From positions 1 through 35,428 of the forward strand of contig JAHJUB010000002.1 of NCBI GenBank assembly GCA_018829455.1: 35,428 nt of DNA, read 5' to 3'. Origin of the DNA: Candidatus Omnitrophota bacterium. Its GTDB lineage: Bacteria; Ratteibacteria; UBA8468; MWAK01. The position numbers were made by a program, and so were the translations under genes. This document shows positions 1 to 7,542 of this stretch, one piece after another. The notes beneath the pieces were generated by a model. That model was not told the origin of the DNA, ran no database searches, and saw only the letters and a list, made by a program, of their open reading frames with translations. How positions within the stretch are numbered: the stretch's first letter is position 1; the number at the start of each line of letters is the position of its first letter.

Positions 1-422
1 AAAGCTTCATCCTTCTGATGCGCCGCGCTGATAAGGTCGGCGCCGTCATCCATCAGTATTTCCGGCTTTGCCTCCAGGACCGAGGAAAGATGACGGTAGT
101 AATCATCCCTTTCTTCTCCGCGAAAAGCAAAAACAGCGACGCCGTATTCCTGGGCCAGCGCCGCGGCAACGCTGTCGTTGGTGCTTAACGGGTTGGAAGC
201 GCACAAATAAACCCGGGCGCCTCCGGCCTGTAAAGTAATCGCCAGGTTTGCGGTTTCGGAGGTAACGTGCAGGCAGGCTCCGATGCGCCGGCCAGCCAAT
301 GGTTTTGTTTTTTCAAAACGCTCGCGGATGGAAAACAACACCGGCATCTCCCGGCCGGACCATTCAACGCGGCGGACGCCTTCCGACGCCAGTTTTATGT
401 CTTTAACTTCAAAATCAGGCAT
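1..422 (-). CDS. ahcY: S-adenosyl-L-homocysteine hydrolase, N-terminal ~140 aa (rest lies left of the window)
   Basis: The ORF is open at the window edge, so it is absent from the ORF track. Reverse translation from ATG (422-420) gives MPDFEVKDIKLASEGVRRVEWSGREMPVLFSIRERFEKTKPLAGRRIGACLHVTSETANLAITLQAGGARVYLCASNPLSTNDSVAAALA..., typical of the AdoHcyase N-terminus. GGAGGT (rc of 426-431) lies just upstream. Confidence 0.85.
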   Translation of the reverse strand, partial: MPDFEVKDIKLASEGVRRVEWSGREMPVLFSIRERFEKTKPLAGRRIGACLHVTSETANLAITLQAGGARVYLCASNPLSTNDSVAAALAQEYGVAVFAFRGEERDDYYRHLSSVLEAKPEILMDDGADLISAAHQKDEA

Positions 423-460
423 GATACCTCCGATGGTTAAGAAAAAATTAACTGCGATTT

Positions 461-489
461 ATTTTAACACACAAAAAAAAACTTGACAA
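461..489 (-). promoter_or_regulatory. Candidate sigma70-type promoter for ahcY
   Basis: Minus-sense TTGTCA (489-484), 17-nt spacer, extended -10 TGtTAAAAT (469-461). The -35 overlaps a plus-sense TTGACA (483-488) facing the micro-ORFs. Confidence 0.45.
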
Positions 490-596
490 ATGTTTTGATA
501 TATGTTTTACTATGTACCAGAAGTGAAACCTGTTTGTTGTTTTCTGGAAATAAACGCAATCATTTTTCATTTTTCAAAAAAAAGGAGGTGATACCG

Positions 597-650
597 GTGG
601 CCAAGAAAGCAAAAAAAGCAGCCAAGAAAACAGCTAAGAAGAAGAAGTAA
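597..650 (+). CDS. Lysine-rich micro-protein, 17 aa (MAKKAKKAAKKTAKKKK)
   Basis: Near-perfect SD AAGGAGGTG (582-590) lies 6 nt before GTG. The frame is open to TAA at 648-650. It is below the ORF-track size cutoff. A paralogous micro-ORF lies 80 nt downstream. Confidence 0.5.
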   Translation: MAKKAKKAAKKTAKKKK

Positions 651-730
651 AAATATTGGAAAAAGCGTTTGACGCTAAAAAACCAATTAAAAAATACAAC
701 GAGCAAAACAATAAGGGAGGTGATTTAAAA

Positions 731-802
731 GTGGCAAAAAAAGTCGTCAAAAAAACAGCCAAGAAACCGGTTAAGAAAGCGAAGAAGGGTTGTTGCAAAT
801 AG
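731..802 (+). CDS. Lysine-rich micro-protein, 23 aa (MAKKVVKKTAKKPVKKAKKGCCK)
   Basis: SD GGGAGGTGA (715-723) lies 7 nt before GTG. It shares the MAKK..KKTAKK pattern with the 597-650 peptide. Its 3' end overlaps the convergent coaB stop by 32 nt. Confidence 0.5.
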   Translation: MAKKVVKKTAKKPVKKAKKGCCK

Positions 803-1424
803 TTAGGCAGTGGTCAAAGAGAAAACGGGAGATATCCTCCTTGGAATAGTTTGACAAATCGATAACTTTTCCTTTCCGCGAAATAAACAAGGAGGCGTGT
901 CTCCCTTTTTCTTTTCCGAAGAAATTCGGGTCGTTCACCAGAATGTAATCCAACCGTTTCTCCCTCATTTTCCTTTTTCCCTCCTCAATCAGATTCCTGG
1001 TTTCCAAAGCAAAACCGATTAAAACCTGGTCCGGTCTTTTATTCTTTCCACAGACGGAAAGGATATCCGGATTGGGAAAAAGGGTCAGCTTGATTCCTTT
1101 TTTGTGTTTAATCTTGTTGCGGCGGAATCGGGGCCGCCAGTCGCTTACCGCGGCCGTCATAAAAAGGCAATCCACTTCGGGAAAAACTTGCAGAACTTTT
1201 TCTTCCATCTGCCGGGCGCTCTCCACCGGGACAAAGACCACGCCGGCCGGCGGTTCAAGCCGGGTCGGACCGCTGACCAGGATAATGTCGTGACCGCGCT
1301 TTCTGCCTTCGGCCGCCAGAAGATAGCCTAATCGTCCGGTGGCCGGATTGCTGATGAATCTGACCGGGTCAAGCCATTCCCGGGTGGGACCGGCGGTAAT
1401 TAAAATTTTCACGTGAATGAACAA
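771..1424 (-). CDS. coaB: Phosphopantothenate-cysteine ligase (stand-alone CoaB domain)
   Basis: 217-aa ORF. The ILITAGPTREWLDPVRFISNPATGRLG motif and MTAAVSDW are characteristic of the CoaB half of CoaBC. No CoaC flavoprotein domain is attached. The start may be the internal GTG a few codons in. Confidence 0.85.
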   Translation of the reverse strand: MFIHVKILITAGPTREWLDPVRFISNPATGRLGYLLAAEGRKRGHDIILVSGPTRLEPPAGVVFVPVESARQMEEKVLQVFPEVDCLFMTAAVSDWRPRFRRNKIKHKKGIKLTLFPNPDILSVCGKNKRPDQVLIGFALETRNLIEEGKRKMREKRLDYILVNDPNFFGKEKGRHASLFISRKGKVIDLSNYSKEDISRFLFDHCLTICNNPSSLS

Positions 1425-1435
1425 AACATTTTGCT

Positions 1436-2560
1436 CTAAATTTCTGTTTCTCGTTTTTTCCTGATATAGGCGGGCTCATCCTGGGCGCTGCTCGGGGTTG
1501 CAAAGATAGAAGTTTCTTCCGGCTTGTCCTCTTTTTCCCGCCGGCGCGGCTGACGCGGCAGTTGCTCTCTCTCCTTCTCTTTCTTTTCAGCCGCAGTATC
1601 AACTTTTTTTAAACCGGTGGCAATTACCGTAACCTTGATCGTGTTGCCCAACCGCTGGTCAACCACGGTTCCGCAAAATCGTTCGGCCTGAGGAGTGAGC
1701 GATTCGTAAATCGTATCCGCCACCTTCCGCACGTCAAAGATGCCTAAATTTTCACCGCCGGCGATGCTGATTAAAACACTACGCGCCGTAACCAGTTCTT
1801 CTCTCTTCAGGAATGGATTGCTGATGGCCATACGGGCTGCTTCTTCCGGGCGGTTAGGTCCTTCTTCGGCGGAACCGGTCCCCATCAAACCGTCGCCGCC
1901 GTCCTCCACAATCTTGCGCAGGTCAGCGAAATCAAGGTTCATGATGCCCGGCTGGGTGATGAGGTCGGAAATAGAAGCCACTCCCTGGTAAAGGATTTCG
2001 TCCACCATGGCGAAAGCGGAGATCAGGGACGTGTCCGGAGACGCAACTTCAAATATTTTTTCGTTGGAAACCGTAATCAGGGTATCAAGGTGCTTGCGTA
2101 ATTCGGCCAGTCCTGCGTGGGCGATATCCATCCGGAGATTACCCTCAAAAGCAAAAGGCAGGGTGACAAAACCGATTACAATGGCGCCGTTGTCTTTGGC
2201 GATTTTGGCAACCACCGGTCCGGCCCCGGTGCCGGTGCCGCCGCCGAGGCCGCAGGTTAAAAAGACAACCTTGGCCCCTTTTAAGAGTTCGGAAATCTGC
2301 GCCCGGTCCTCATTTGCGGCAAACTTTCCCATTTCCGGATTAGCGCCGGTGCCCAGACCTTCCGTCAACCGTCGGCCGATCTGGAGTTTAATCGGAACGG
2401 CCGCCGCAAATAACGCCTGGCTGTCGGTATTAATCGCTACCAGGTCAACGCCGGAAAGACGTTCCACCATCCGGCTGACCGCATTACCGCCGGCGCCGCC
2501 GACACCCACTACCTTAATCTTAACTCCGGCGCTGCTTTCTTCGGGTTTAATTTTTAACAT
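1436..2560 (-). CDS. ftsZ: Cell division GTPase FtsZ
   Basis: GVGGAGGNAV and GLGGGTGTGAGPV tubulin signature, with a C-terminal linker plus a DEPAYIRKK tail. Start set at MLKIKPEE (ATG 2560). The 21 extra codons in the track ORF run through a REP-like repeat. Confidence 0.97.
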   Translation of the reverse strand: MLKIKPEESSAGVKIKVVGVGGAGGNAVSRMVERLSGVDLVAINTDSQALFAAAVPIKLQIGRRLTEGLGTGANPEMGKFAANEDRAQISELLKGAKVVFLTCGLGGGTGTGAGPVVAKIAKDNGAIVIGFVTLPFAFEGNLRMDIAHAGLAELRKHLDTLITVSNEKIFEVASPDTSLISAFAMVDEILYQGVASISDLITQPGIMNLDFADLRKIVEDGGDGLMGTGSAEEGPNRPEEAARMAISNPFLKREELVTARSVLISIAGGENLGIFDVRKVADTIYESLTPQAERFCGTVVDQRLGNTIKVTVIATGLKKVDTAAEKKEKEREQLPRQPRRREKEDKPEETSIFATPSSAQDEPAYIRKKRETEI

Positions 2561-2583
2561 ATTCCCGCCTCTTTTAATAAATT

Positions 2584-2638
2584 GTAGGGGCGGGGTTACA
2601 TCCCCGCCCACGGGAGGGGACATAAGCCCCTCCCCTAC
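2584..2638. repeat. GTAG-headed hairpin doublet (REP/REPIN-like)
   Basis: GTAGGGGCGGGGTTACATCCCCGCCC, then ac, then the reverse complement of GTAGGGGAGGGGCTTATGTCCCCTCCC. These are two hairpin units in inverted orientation bracketed by GTAG...CTAC. Confidence 0.85.
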
Positions 2639-2666
2639 ACAAGATTACAGATGACAGGCGAATCGG

Positions 2667-3884
2667 TTAGAACAACTCGTCCCAAAAACGTCTGGCCTTA
2701 CTCACTGCTTTTTTAATAACTGACTTCCGGGGAGAATTCTGACTCTTATCTGTCTGATTTTCCACAGAAGCCTGCACCACACCTAACACCGCATTATAGG
2801 CCGGATTTTTCAAAACTTTTTCCCATCCGTGAAACCGATGAGCGGTCCCGATTCGAACCGGCATCTCCAGTTCCGTTTCCAAAAATTCCGGCAAACCCGG
2901 TAAAAGAGCGCCGCCTCCGCCCAAAACCAGACCCGCGGTAAACGCCGGACGGTATTTCAGAAAAATTGACCGAAAAGGAATCAACATATCTTTTAATTCT
3001 GCCTCGATAATCTCGGCTACCTCGCGGCGGTTGGTTGTTTGTTTGGATTCCCCCTGGACATTAGAGAGCGATAATTCCCGGGGTTCCACATCCAGCAGAC
3101 AGGAACCGTATTCCTTCTTGATTCTTTCCGACTCAATGGAGGTGGTTTTGAGACAAACAGCGAGGGCATAGTTAATCCGGTCGCCCCCGCGGCCCAGGAC
3201 TTCAATCTCCCGCAGGGTAGGTTCAAAAATCAAAAGAGTGGAAGCGCTTCGTCCAAAATCAAAATAAGCCACCCCGGATTCCAGTTCCTCCGGAGTAAGA
3301 ACCGCGTCGGCCGCCACCAACGGCGCAAAAAAGATTGACCTGGTTTCCAGATGTACTTCTTCCAAGCAACGCTTCAGGTCTTTAACCCGCTTAGCAGCAG
3401 CCGTCACCGTAAAGAGGCCGACACCGAGACGTTCACCGGACATTCCCACCGGATCCTTTATCTGCCGACGGTCATCCAACAGATACTCTTGAACTATGGT
3501 ATGAACAATTTCATATTCGGAAGAGGCGCCGGGAAAAGCTTTCTTAACTACTTCCTGCCGGTCAGTTTCCATCACCTCACCCTGGCGATTCCTGATTTCC
3601 AGAGACCCCTGTCTTTTGTCAACGCGGAAATAATCTCCAAAAAGACACAGGTTTACGGAACGGATCGCTTTACCGGATAAGGACTCCGCTTCCATCACGG
3701 CCTTTTCCACCGTAGCGCTCAATTCTGGAATGCTGGTAACCGCGCCGTTTTTCAACCCCACCGTGGGAACAGTGGCAAACCCCAAAACTTCAAAACCGGC
3801 GCCGCGGGGAGTCGCCACGACAACCGATGTTTTATCCGAACCGATTTCAACGCCGGCCAAAAAATCGTTTCCGTTTGTTGCCAT
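2667..3884 (-). CDS. ftsA: Cell division protein FtsA (actin-like ATPase)
   Basis: 405 aa, located between ftsQ and ftsZ. It has an actin-fold phosphate motif (VEIGSDKTSVVV) and GGGALLPGLPEF near the C-terminus. Confidence 0.93.
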   Translation of the reverse strand: MATNGNDFLAGVEIGSDKTSVVVATPRGAGFEVLGFATVPTVGLKNGAVTSIPELSATVEKAVMEAESLSGKAIRSVNLCLFGDYFRVDKRQGSLEIRNRQGEVMETDRQEVVKKAFPGASSEYEIVHTIVQEYLLDDRRQIKDPVGMSGERLGVGLFTVTAAAKRVKDLKRCLEEVHLETRSIFFAPLVAADAVLTPEELESGVAYFDFGRSASTLLIFEPTLREIEVLGRGGDRINYALAVCLKTTSIESERIKKEYGSCLLDVEPRELSLSNVQGESKQTTNRREVAEIIEAELKDMLIPFRSIFLKYRPAFTAGLVLGGGGALLPGLPEFLETELEMPVRIGTAHRFHGWEKVLKNPAYNAVLGVVQASVENQTDKSQNSPRKSVIKKAVSKARRFWDELF

Positions 3885-3892
3885 AGGATTTT

Positions 3893-3942
3893 GTAGGGGT
3901 CGGATTCATCCGACCCGCGGGCGCCATAAATGGCGCCCCTAC
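3893..3942. repeat. GTAG-headed hairpin doublet, 50 nt
   Basis: GTAGGGG-TCGGATTCATCCGA-CCCGCGGG-CGCCATAAATGGCG-CCCCTAC. The terminal CTAC contains the ftsQ stop codon (TAG, 3939-3941). Confidence 0.9.
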
Positions 3943-4682
3943 GTTTTTTCTACATTTACTTCCGGTGCCGGCAAAAAGACCGGGTCATCAAAACGCAGGT
4001 CAAGATACTTATATCTTAAACCTTTCTGTTGAAATTCAGCAAGTAACTGACGAAAAACAGATAGTTTTTCTGCGAGAGACTCCCTCGGCAAATAAATCGT
4101 CTCACCGGTATTAAGGGCAAGGGTCAGGAAACCGGGCGAAAATGCCACCGATTGCAGAGAAACCAAAGACCGGCAATGGTCAAAAACAGAGACAGCCGGC
4201 AAGATTGAACCGGGTAAATCAGCAAGCGTTAAACCGTAAATCTCCAACGCCGGTTTATCGGAGCATCTTTCCTCCGGAACAATCATCCCATCCCTGGTTA
4301 CTAAAAAACGCCTGGTCGGCAGCACAAGATACGCAAAAGGAGCCCGCGGGATGACCGAAATATGCAGAACGTCGGGGAAAGTGCGGTGAACGGTTACCCC
4401 GGCAACCCAGGGGTCACGCCTGGCCCGGGCGGCTATCTCCGACAGGGAAACCGTGAATATGTTCCGACCGCAAAAAGATGAAAGGTCAAGGTTTGGGGCG
4501 TCCACCGTAACTTTTTTAATTTTGAAGAGCGGGCTGTAAAAAATACTCATAGACACTAAATAGACGATATAAACAAGCGCTGGAATTGCGGCCCCAAAAA
4601 CCAGAAAAGGCCAGGAACATTTCCAGTGATTTTCCTGTTTTGTGCGTCTGCTTTTAAATTTTTGCGCGCTTCTTTTTTTCAT
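3939..4682 (-). CDS. ftsQ: Cell division protein FtsQ (POTRA domain, N-terminal TM)
   Basis: 247 aa with a basic N-terminus, one TM helix (WPFLVFGAAIPALVYIVYLV), then a POTRA-like region. It sits in the conserved ddl-ftsQ-ftsA-ftsZ position. Confidence 0.85.
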   Translation of the reverse strand: MKKRSAQKFKSRRTKQENHWKCSWPFLVFGAAIPALVYIVYLVSMSIFYSPLFKIKKVTVDAPNLDLSSFCGRNIFTVSLSEIAARARRDPWVAGVTVHRTFPDVLHISVIPRAPFAYLVLPTRRFLVTRDGMIVPEERCSDKPALEIYGLTLADLPGSILPAVSVFDHCRSLVSLQSVAFSPGFLTLALNTGETIYLPRESLAEKLSVFRQLLAEFQQKGLRYKYLDLRFDDPVFLPAPEVNVEKT

Positions 4683-4708
4683 ATCAAAAAATTATTGGGC
4701 TGTTAAAT

Positions 4709-4800
4709 GTAGGGGCGGGGACTTACCCCCCTGACAAGGGGGGCAAGGGGGGTTTACATCCCCGCCGCCCGCGGTTTGACAGGCGAGACGCCTGTCCTAC
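4709..4800. repeat. Composite GTAG-hairpin element with nested insertion
   Basis: The unit GTAGGGGCGGGG..TTACATCCCCGCC is the same as at 2584, but here its loop is interrupted by about 32 nt carrying its own CCCCCC-TGACAA-GGGGGG hairpin. It is followed by ACAGGCGAGACGCCTGTCCTAC. The terminal CTAC holds the ddl stop codon. Confidence 0.85.
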
Positions 4801-5681
4801 TGTCTTTCTCGGGCCAATTCCACTAACTGTCTGGTTAATTCTCCGAAGGAAATACCGGCTGCGGCCGCCGCCTCCGGAAAGAGACTGGTTGCGGTGAAAC
4901 CCGGTATCGTATTAACATCCAAAAGATAAGGGTTTCCTTTTTGGTCAATGATAACCTCGCTGCGCGAAAGACCGCGGCATCCCAATAACCGGTGCGCGGC
5001 AAGCACCACTTCACCCGCCCGGTTTACCCATTTCCGCGGAAGTTCCGGCGGTATCAGATGCTTACTTCCGCCCGGCGCGTATTTTGCCTGGTAATCATAG
5101 AAACCGCTGGCCGGCACAATCTGAATGGCCGGCAGTATCCGGGGGTTTTCATTACCCAGGATGCCGATGGTAATTTCAATTCCGGGAATGAACTTTTCCA
5201 TCAGAATCCTCGCGTCGTATTTTCGGGCAAGGTCAAGAGCAGCCGTCAGGCCGGCTTTCTTTTTGACGATGGAAATTCCCAGCGTGGAACCGCCGTGAAC
5301 CGGCTTGACAACTAACGGAAGGTCTCGCGGCAGACAGACCGGCGGAACCAATAATCCGGCCGAGACGAAGAGTTGCTTGGAAAGAATTTTGTCCATAGCC
5401 AGGGCGCTGGCCAATATCCCGCTCCCGGTATAAGGCAATCCGATAGTCTCCAGAAATCCCTGAATCGTTCCGTCCTCTCCCTTACCGCCGTGCAAAGCAA
5501 TGAAAACAGCATATACATTCTTCACACCCAACAATTTTCCGGGAAAATCCGGTTTAATCGGGTCTAAAACCTTTACGACGAAGCCGGCTTCTTTCAGGGC
5601 TCGGGCCACACCAATCCCGCTGTGAAGAGAAACCTCCCTTTCCGGAGAATCTCCACCGGCCAATACCACCACGGTTTTCAT
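4797..5681 (-). CDS. ddl: D-alanine--D-alanine ligase
   Basis: 294 aa with an ATP-grasp fold and typical motifs (ALHGGKGEDGTIQGFLE, LLDVNTIPGFT). A 4-nt overlap with the murB stop suggests translational coupling. Confidence 0.95.
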   Translation of the reverse strand: MKTVVVLAGGDSPEREVSLHSGIGVARALKEAGFVVKVLDPIKPDFPGKLLGVKNVYAVFIALHGGKGEDGTIQGFLETIGLPYTGSGILASALAMDKILSKQLFVSAGLLVPPVCLPRDLPLVVKPVHGGSTLGISIVKKKAGLTAALDLARKYDARILMEKFIPGIEITIGILGNENPRILPAIQIVPASGFYDYQAKYAPGGSKHLIPPELPRKWVNRAGEVVLAAHRLLGCRGLSRSEVIIDQKGNPYLLDVNTIPGFTATSLFPEAAAAAGISFGELTRQLVELARERQ

Positions 5682-6532
5682 ATAATTTTTATTTCCAGTT
5701 CCAGATTAACGCTAAATTTATCGTAGACCGCTTCCCGTATCTTTGCGATTAAACCCAGCACGTCAGCAGCGGTGGCATTATCAACGTTGAGGATGAAATT
5801 GGCGTGCTTATCCGAAACGACCGCGCCTCCCTGGCGCCACCCCTTACAGCCGGCCGACTCAATCAGGCGCCCGGCCGCTTCACCGATTGGATTCTTGAAT
5901 ATGGAACCGGCGGATGGATACCCTCCGGGCTGGCTGTTGTTTCGCCCGGAAATATGAGCGTTAATTTTCTGTTTGATTTCATCGTTCCGCTCAACCGGTT
6001 TCGCCTCCAGGCTTGCGGAAACAATAAACGGAAAACGGGCCAAATTGGAAGAGCGGTAGGAAAAAGATGCTTCCGCCGCGATTAGTTCTACTTCCTCCAG
6101 ATTTTCATCCAGCGCTTTTATCCCGGCGACCACTTCAGAAACAGACCTTTCTTTAATTCCGGTATTCATGAGTAAAACGCCGCCGAGTGACCCGGGAATT
6201 CCGGCCAGAAATTCCAGTCCGGCCAGGTTATATTTTACCCCAAATTTTAGTATTTGCGAAACAAGAGCGCCGCTTTCCGCCAGAACATACTTATCGGTCC
6301 GCGAAATCCGGTTAAGCCGCCGGGTGGAAATAACGATACCATCAAAACCTTCATCCCGGACCAGAAGATTACTGCCGGCGCCCAGGATAAAAAATGGTTG
6401 GCTTTTCTCCCTCGCCTGACCGATTAGTTCTTTTACCTCGTAGAGGTTCTCCGGTTCCGCAAAAAGAGCGGCCCTGCCTCCAATCTTAAAAGTGGTGTGG
6501 CCGGCTAAAGGTTCGTTGGGTTTGATTAGCAT
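5678..6532 (-). CDS. murB: UDP-N-acetylenolpyruvoylglucosamine reductase
   Basis: HTTFKIGG, GAGSNLL and SAGSIFKNP motifs. Start set at ATG 6532 (MLIKPNEPL). The track ORF begins at an upstream TTG (6550). Confidence 0.93.
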   Translation of the reverse strand: MLIKPNEPLAGHTTFKIGGRAALFAEPENLYEVKELIGQAREKSQPFFILGAGSNLLVRDEGFDGIVISTRRLNRISRTDKYVLAESGALVSQILKFGVKYNLAGLEFLAGIPGSLGGVLLMNTGIKERSVSEVVAGIKALDENLEEVELIAAEASFSYRSSNLARFPFIVSASLEAKPVERNDEIKQKINAHISGRNNSQPGGYPSAGSIFKNPIGEAAGRLIESAGCKGWRQGGAVVSDKHANFILNVDNATAADVLGLIAKIREAVYDKFSVNLELEIKII

Positions 6533-6568
6533 AGTGAAAAATAGACACAAAGTTTATCAAGACAAATG

Positions 6569-6727
6569 GGACGCAGATGTACGCAGAAACAACAGGATAA
6601 CGCTAAATGATTATTCTTTTGTAGTCGCCAACCTTGGTTGGCTCTTTTAAAACGCCGAGCAAGCTCGGCAACTACTATAAAGTAATCTTTAATCTGTATC
6701 TGCGATTATCTGCGGTAATCTGCGTCC
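6569..6727. promoter_or_regulatory. 10-bp-phased heptamer repeats in inverted arrangement (candidate operator/iteron-like sites) around the murB upstream region
   Basis: ACGCAGA occurs at 6571 and 6581. ATCTGCG occurs at 6698, 6708 and 6718, with exact 10-bp spacing. The outermost copies form a 10-bp inverted repeat, GGACGCAGAT (6569-6578) against ATCTGCGTCC (6718-6727). The left pair abuts a candidate murB promoter: minus-sense TTGTCT 6565-6560, 16-nt spacer, TATTTT 6543-6538. Confidence 0.5.
6621..6675. repeat. GTAG-headed hairpin doublet (GTAGTyGCC subtype)
   Basis: GTAGTCGCCAACCTTGGTTGGCTC, a 9-nt spacer, then the reverse complement of GTAGTTGCCGAGCTTGCTCGGC. The same unit types recur at 33925 and 34768. 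Confidence 0.9.
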
Positions 6728-6741
6728 AGATGAATTGTGCC

Positions 6742-7542
6742 TTAATACTTTACCCACAGCAGGGTAAGGCCGTGGGCCGGCATGGTCTTTCCGGCTTTTC
6801 TCCGGTCGCCTGATTTTAAGATTTCCCGAACCGCCTCCGGCTTGATTTTACCCCGCCCGACTTCCAGAAGCGTACCGACGATATTGCGGACCATCTTATA
6901 GAGAAATCCGCTGCCTATGACGGTAATGCCAACCAGTCCAACCGCCTGGAAGAGGTCCGAAGGCTCCTCCCTTACCGTCAAATTATAAACAGTTCGCACC
7001 GGGTCCTTAACTTTCCGGCCGCTGGCCTGAAAAGCGGTAAAATCGTGCCGGCCAACCAGGTACGCGGCTGCCTGCCGCATCTTTGTCAGGTTCAATTTTT
7101 CCGGGAAGAAATAGGCGTAGGGTGAAAGAAGAGGGTTTGCCGCGCTCGTGTTTTGAACCAGATAACGATAGGCCTTCTTTTTCGCCTGAAACTGGGGGTG
7201 AAAATCATCAGACACTTTCCGGACGGAAAGAACCCGAACGCTGTCGGGCAGAAGCCCGTTCAATCCCTGTCTTATGTTTTCGGCGGAACGGTTGACACCC
7301 GTTCGAAACGCCACTACCTGGCCCAAACTATGCACGCCGGCATCAGTGCGGCCGGAAGCGATGACCCCGGTCTTCTCGCACAATATGCGCGCCAGGGCCT
7401 CTTCCACGGTTTCCTGCAGTCCATTACCGTTGCTCTGTTTTTGCCACCCGCAGAAATCGGCGCCCCGGTAAGAAATAATTAGTTTAAATACTGCCACGGA
7501 AGAATTTTTTCTGAAGAAGAACTTCTCCGATCTGCACCGCAT
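6742..7542 (-). CDS. truA: tRNA pseudouridine(38-40) synthase
   Basis: 266 aa with YRGADFCGWQKQ and the catalytic GRTDAGVHSLGQV motif. The start is uncertain: ATG 7542 overlaps the asd 3' end by 59 nt, and GTG 7497 is an alternative. Confidence 0.9.
   Translation of the reverse strand: MRCRSEKFFFRKNSSVAVFKLIISYRGADFCGWQKQSNGNGLQETVEEALARILCEKTGVIASGRTDAGVHSLGQVVAFRTGVNRSAENIRQGLNGLLPDSVRVLSVRKVSDDFHPQFQAKKKAYRYLVQNTSAANPLLSPYAYFFPEKLNLTKMRQAAAYLVGRHDFTAFQASGRKVKDPVRTVYNLTVREEPSDLFQAVGLVGITVIGSGFLYKMVRNIVGTLLEVGRGKIKPEAVREILKSGDRRKAGKTMPAHGLTLLWVKY

Noticed and set aside
664-676. Small hairpin AGCGT-TTG-ACGCT between the micro-ORFs, considered as an intrinsic terminator
   Set aside because: The stem is only 5 bp. 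The T-run exists only in the minus sense and is short. The sequence also overlaps a TTGACG that could equally be a -35. The evidence is too weak to call either way.
2561-2623. N-terminal extensions in the track ORFs for ftsZ, secE (34740-34811), yraN (17881-18000), rplS (18212-18247), murB (6533-6550) and the HD-GYP gene (20329-20367)
   Set aside because: The extensions run through repeat elements or neighbouring genes and lack SDs. They also add residues not seen in these families. Internal ATGs aligned with the conserved N-termini were chosen instead.
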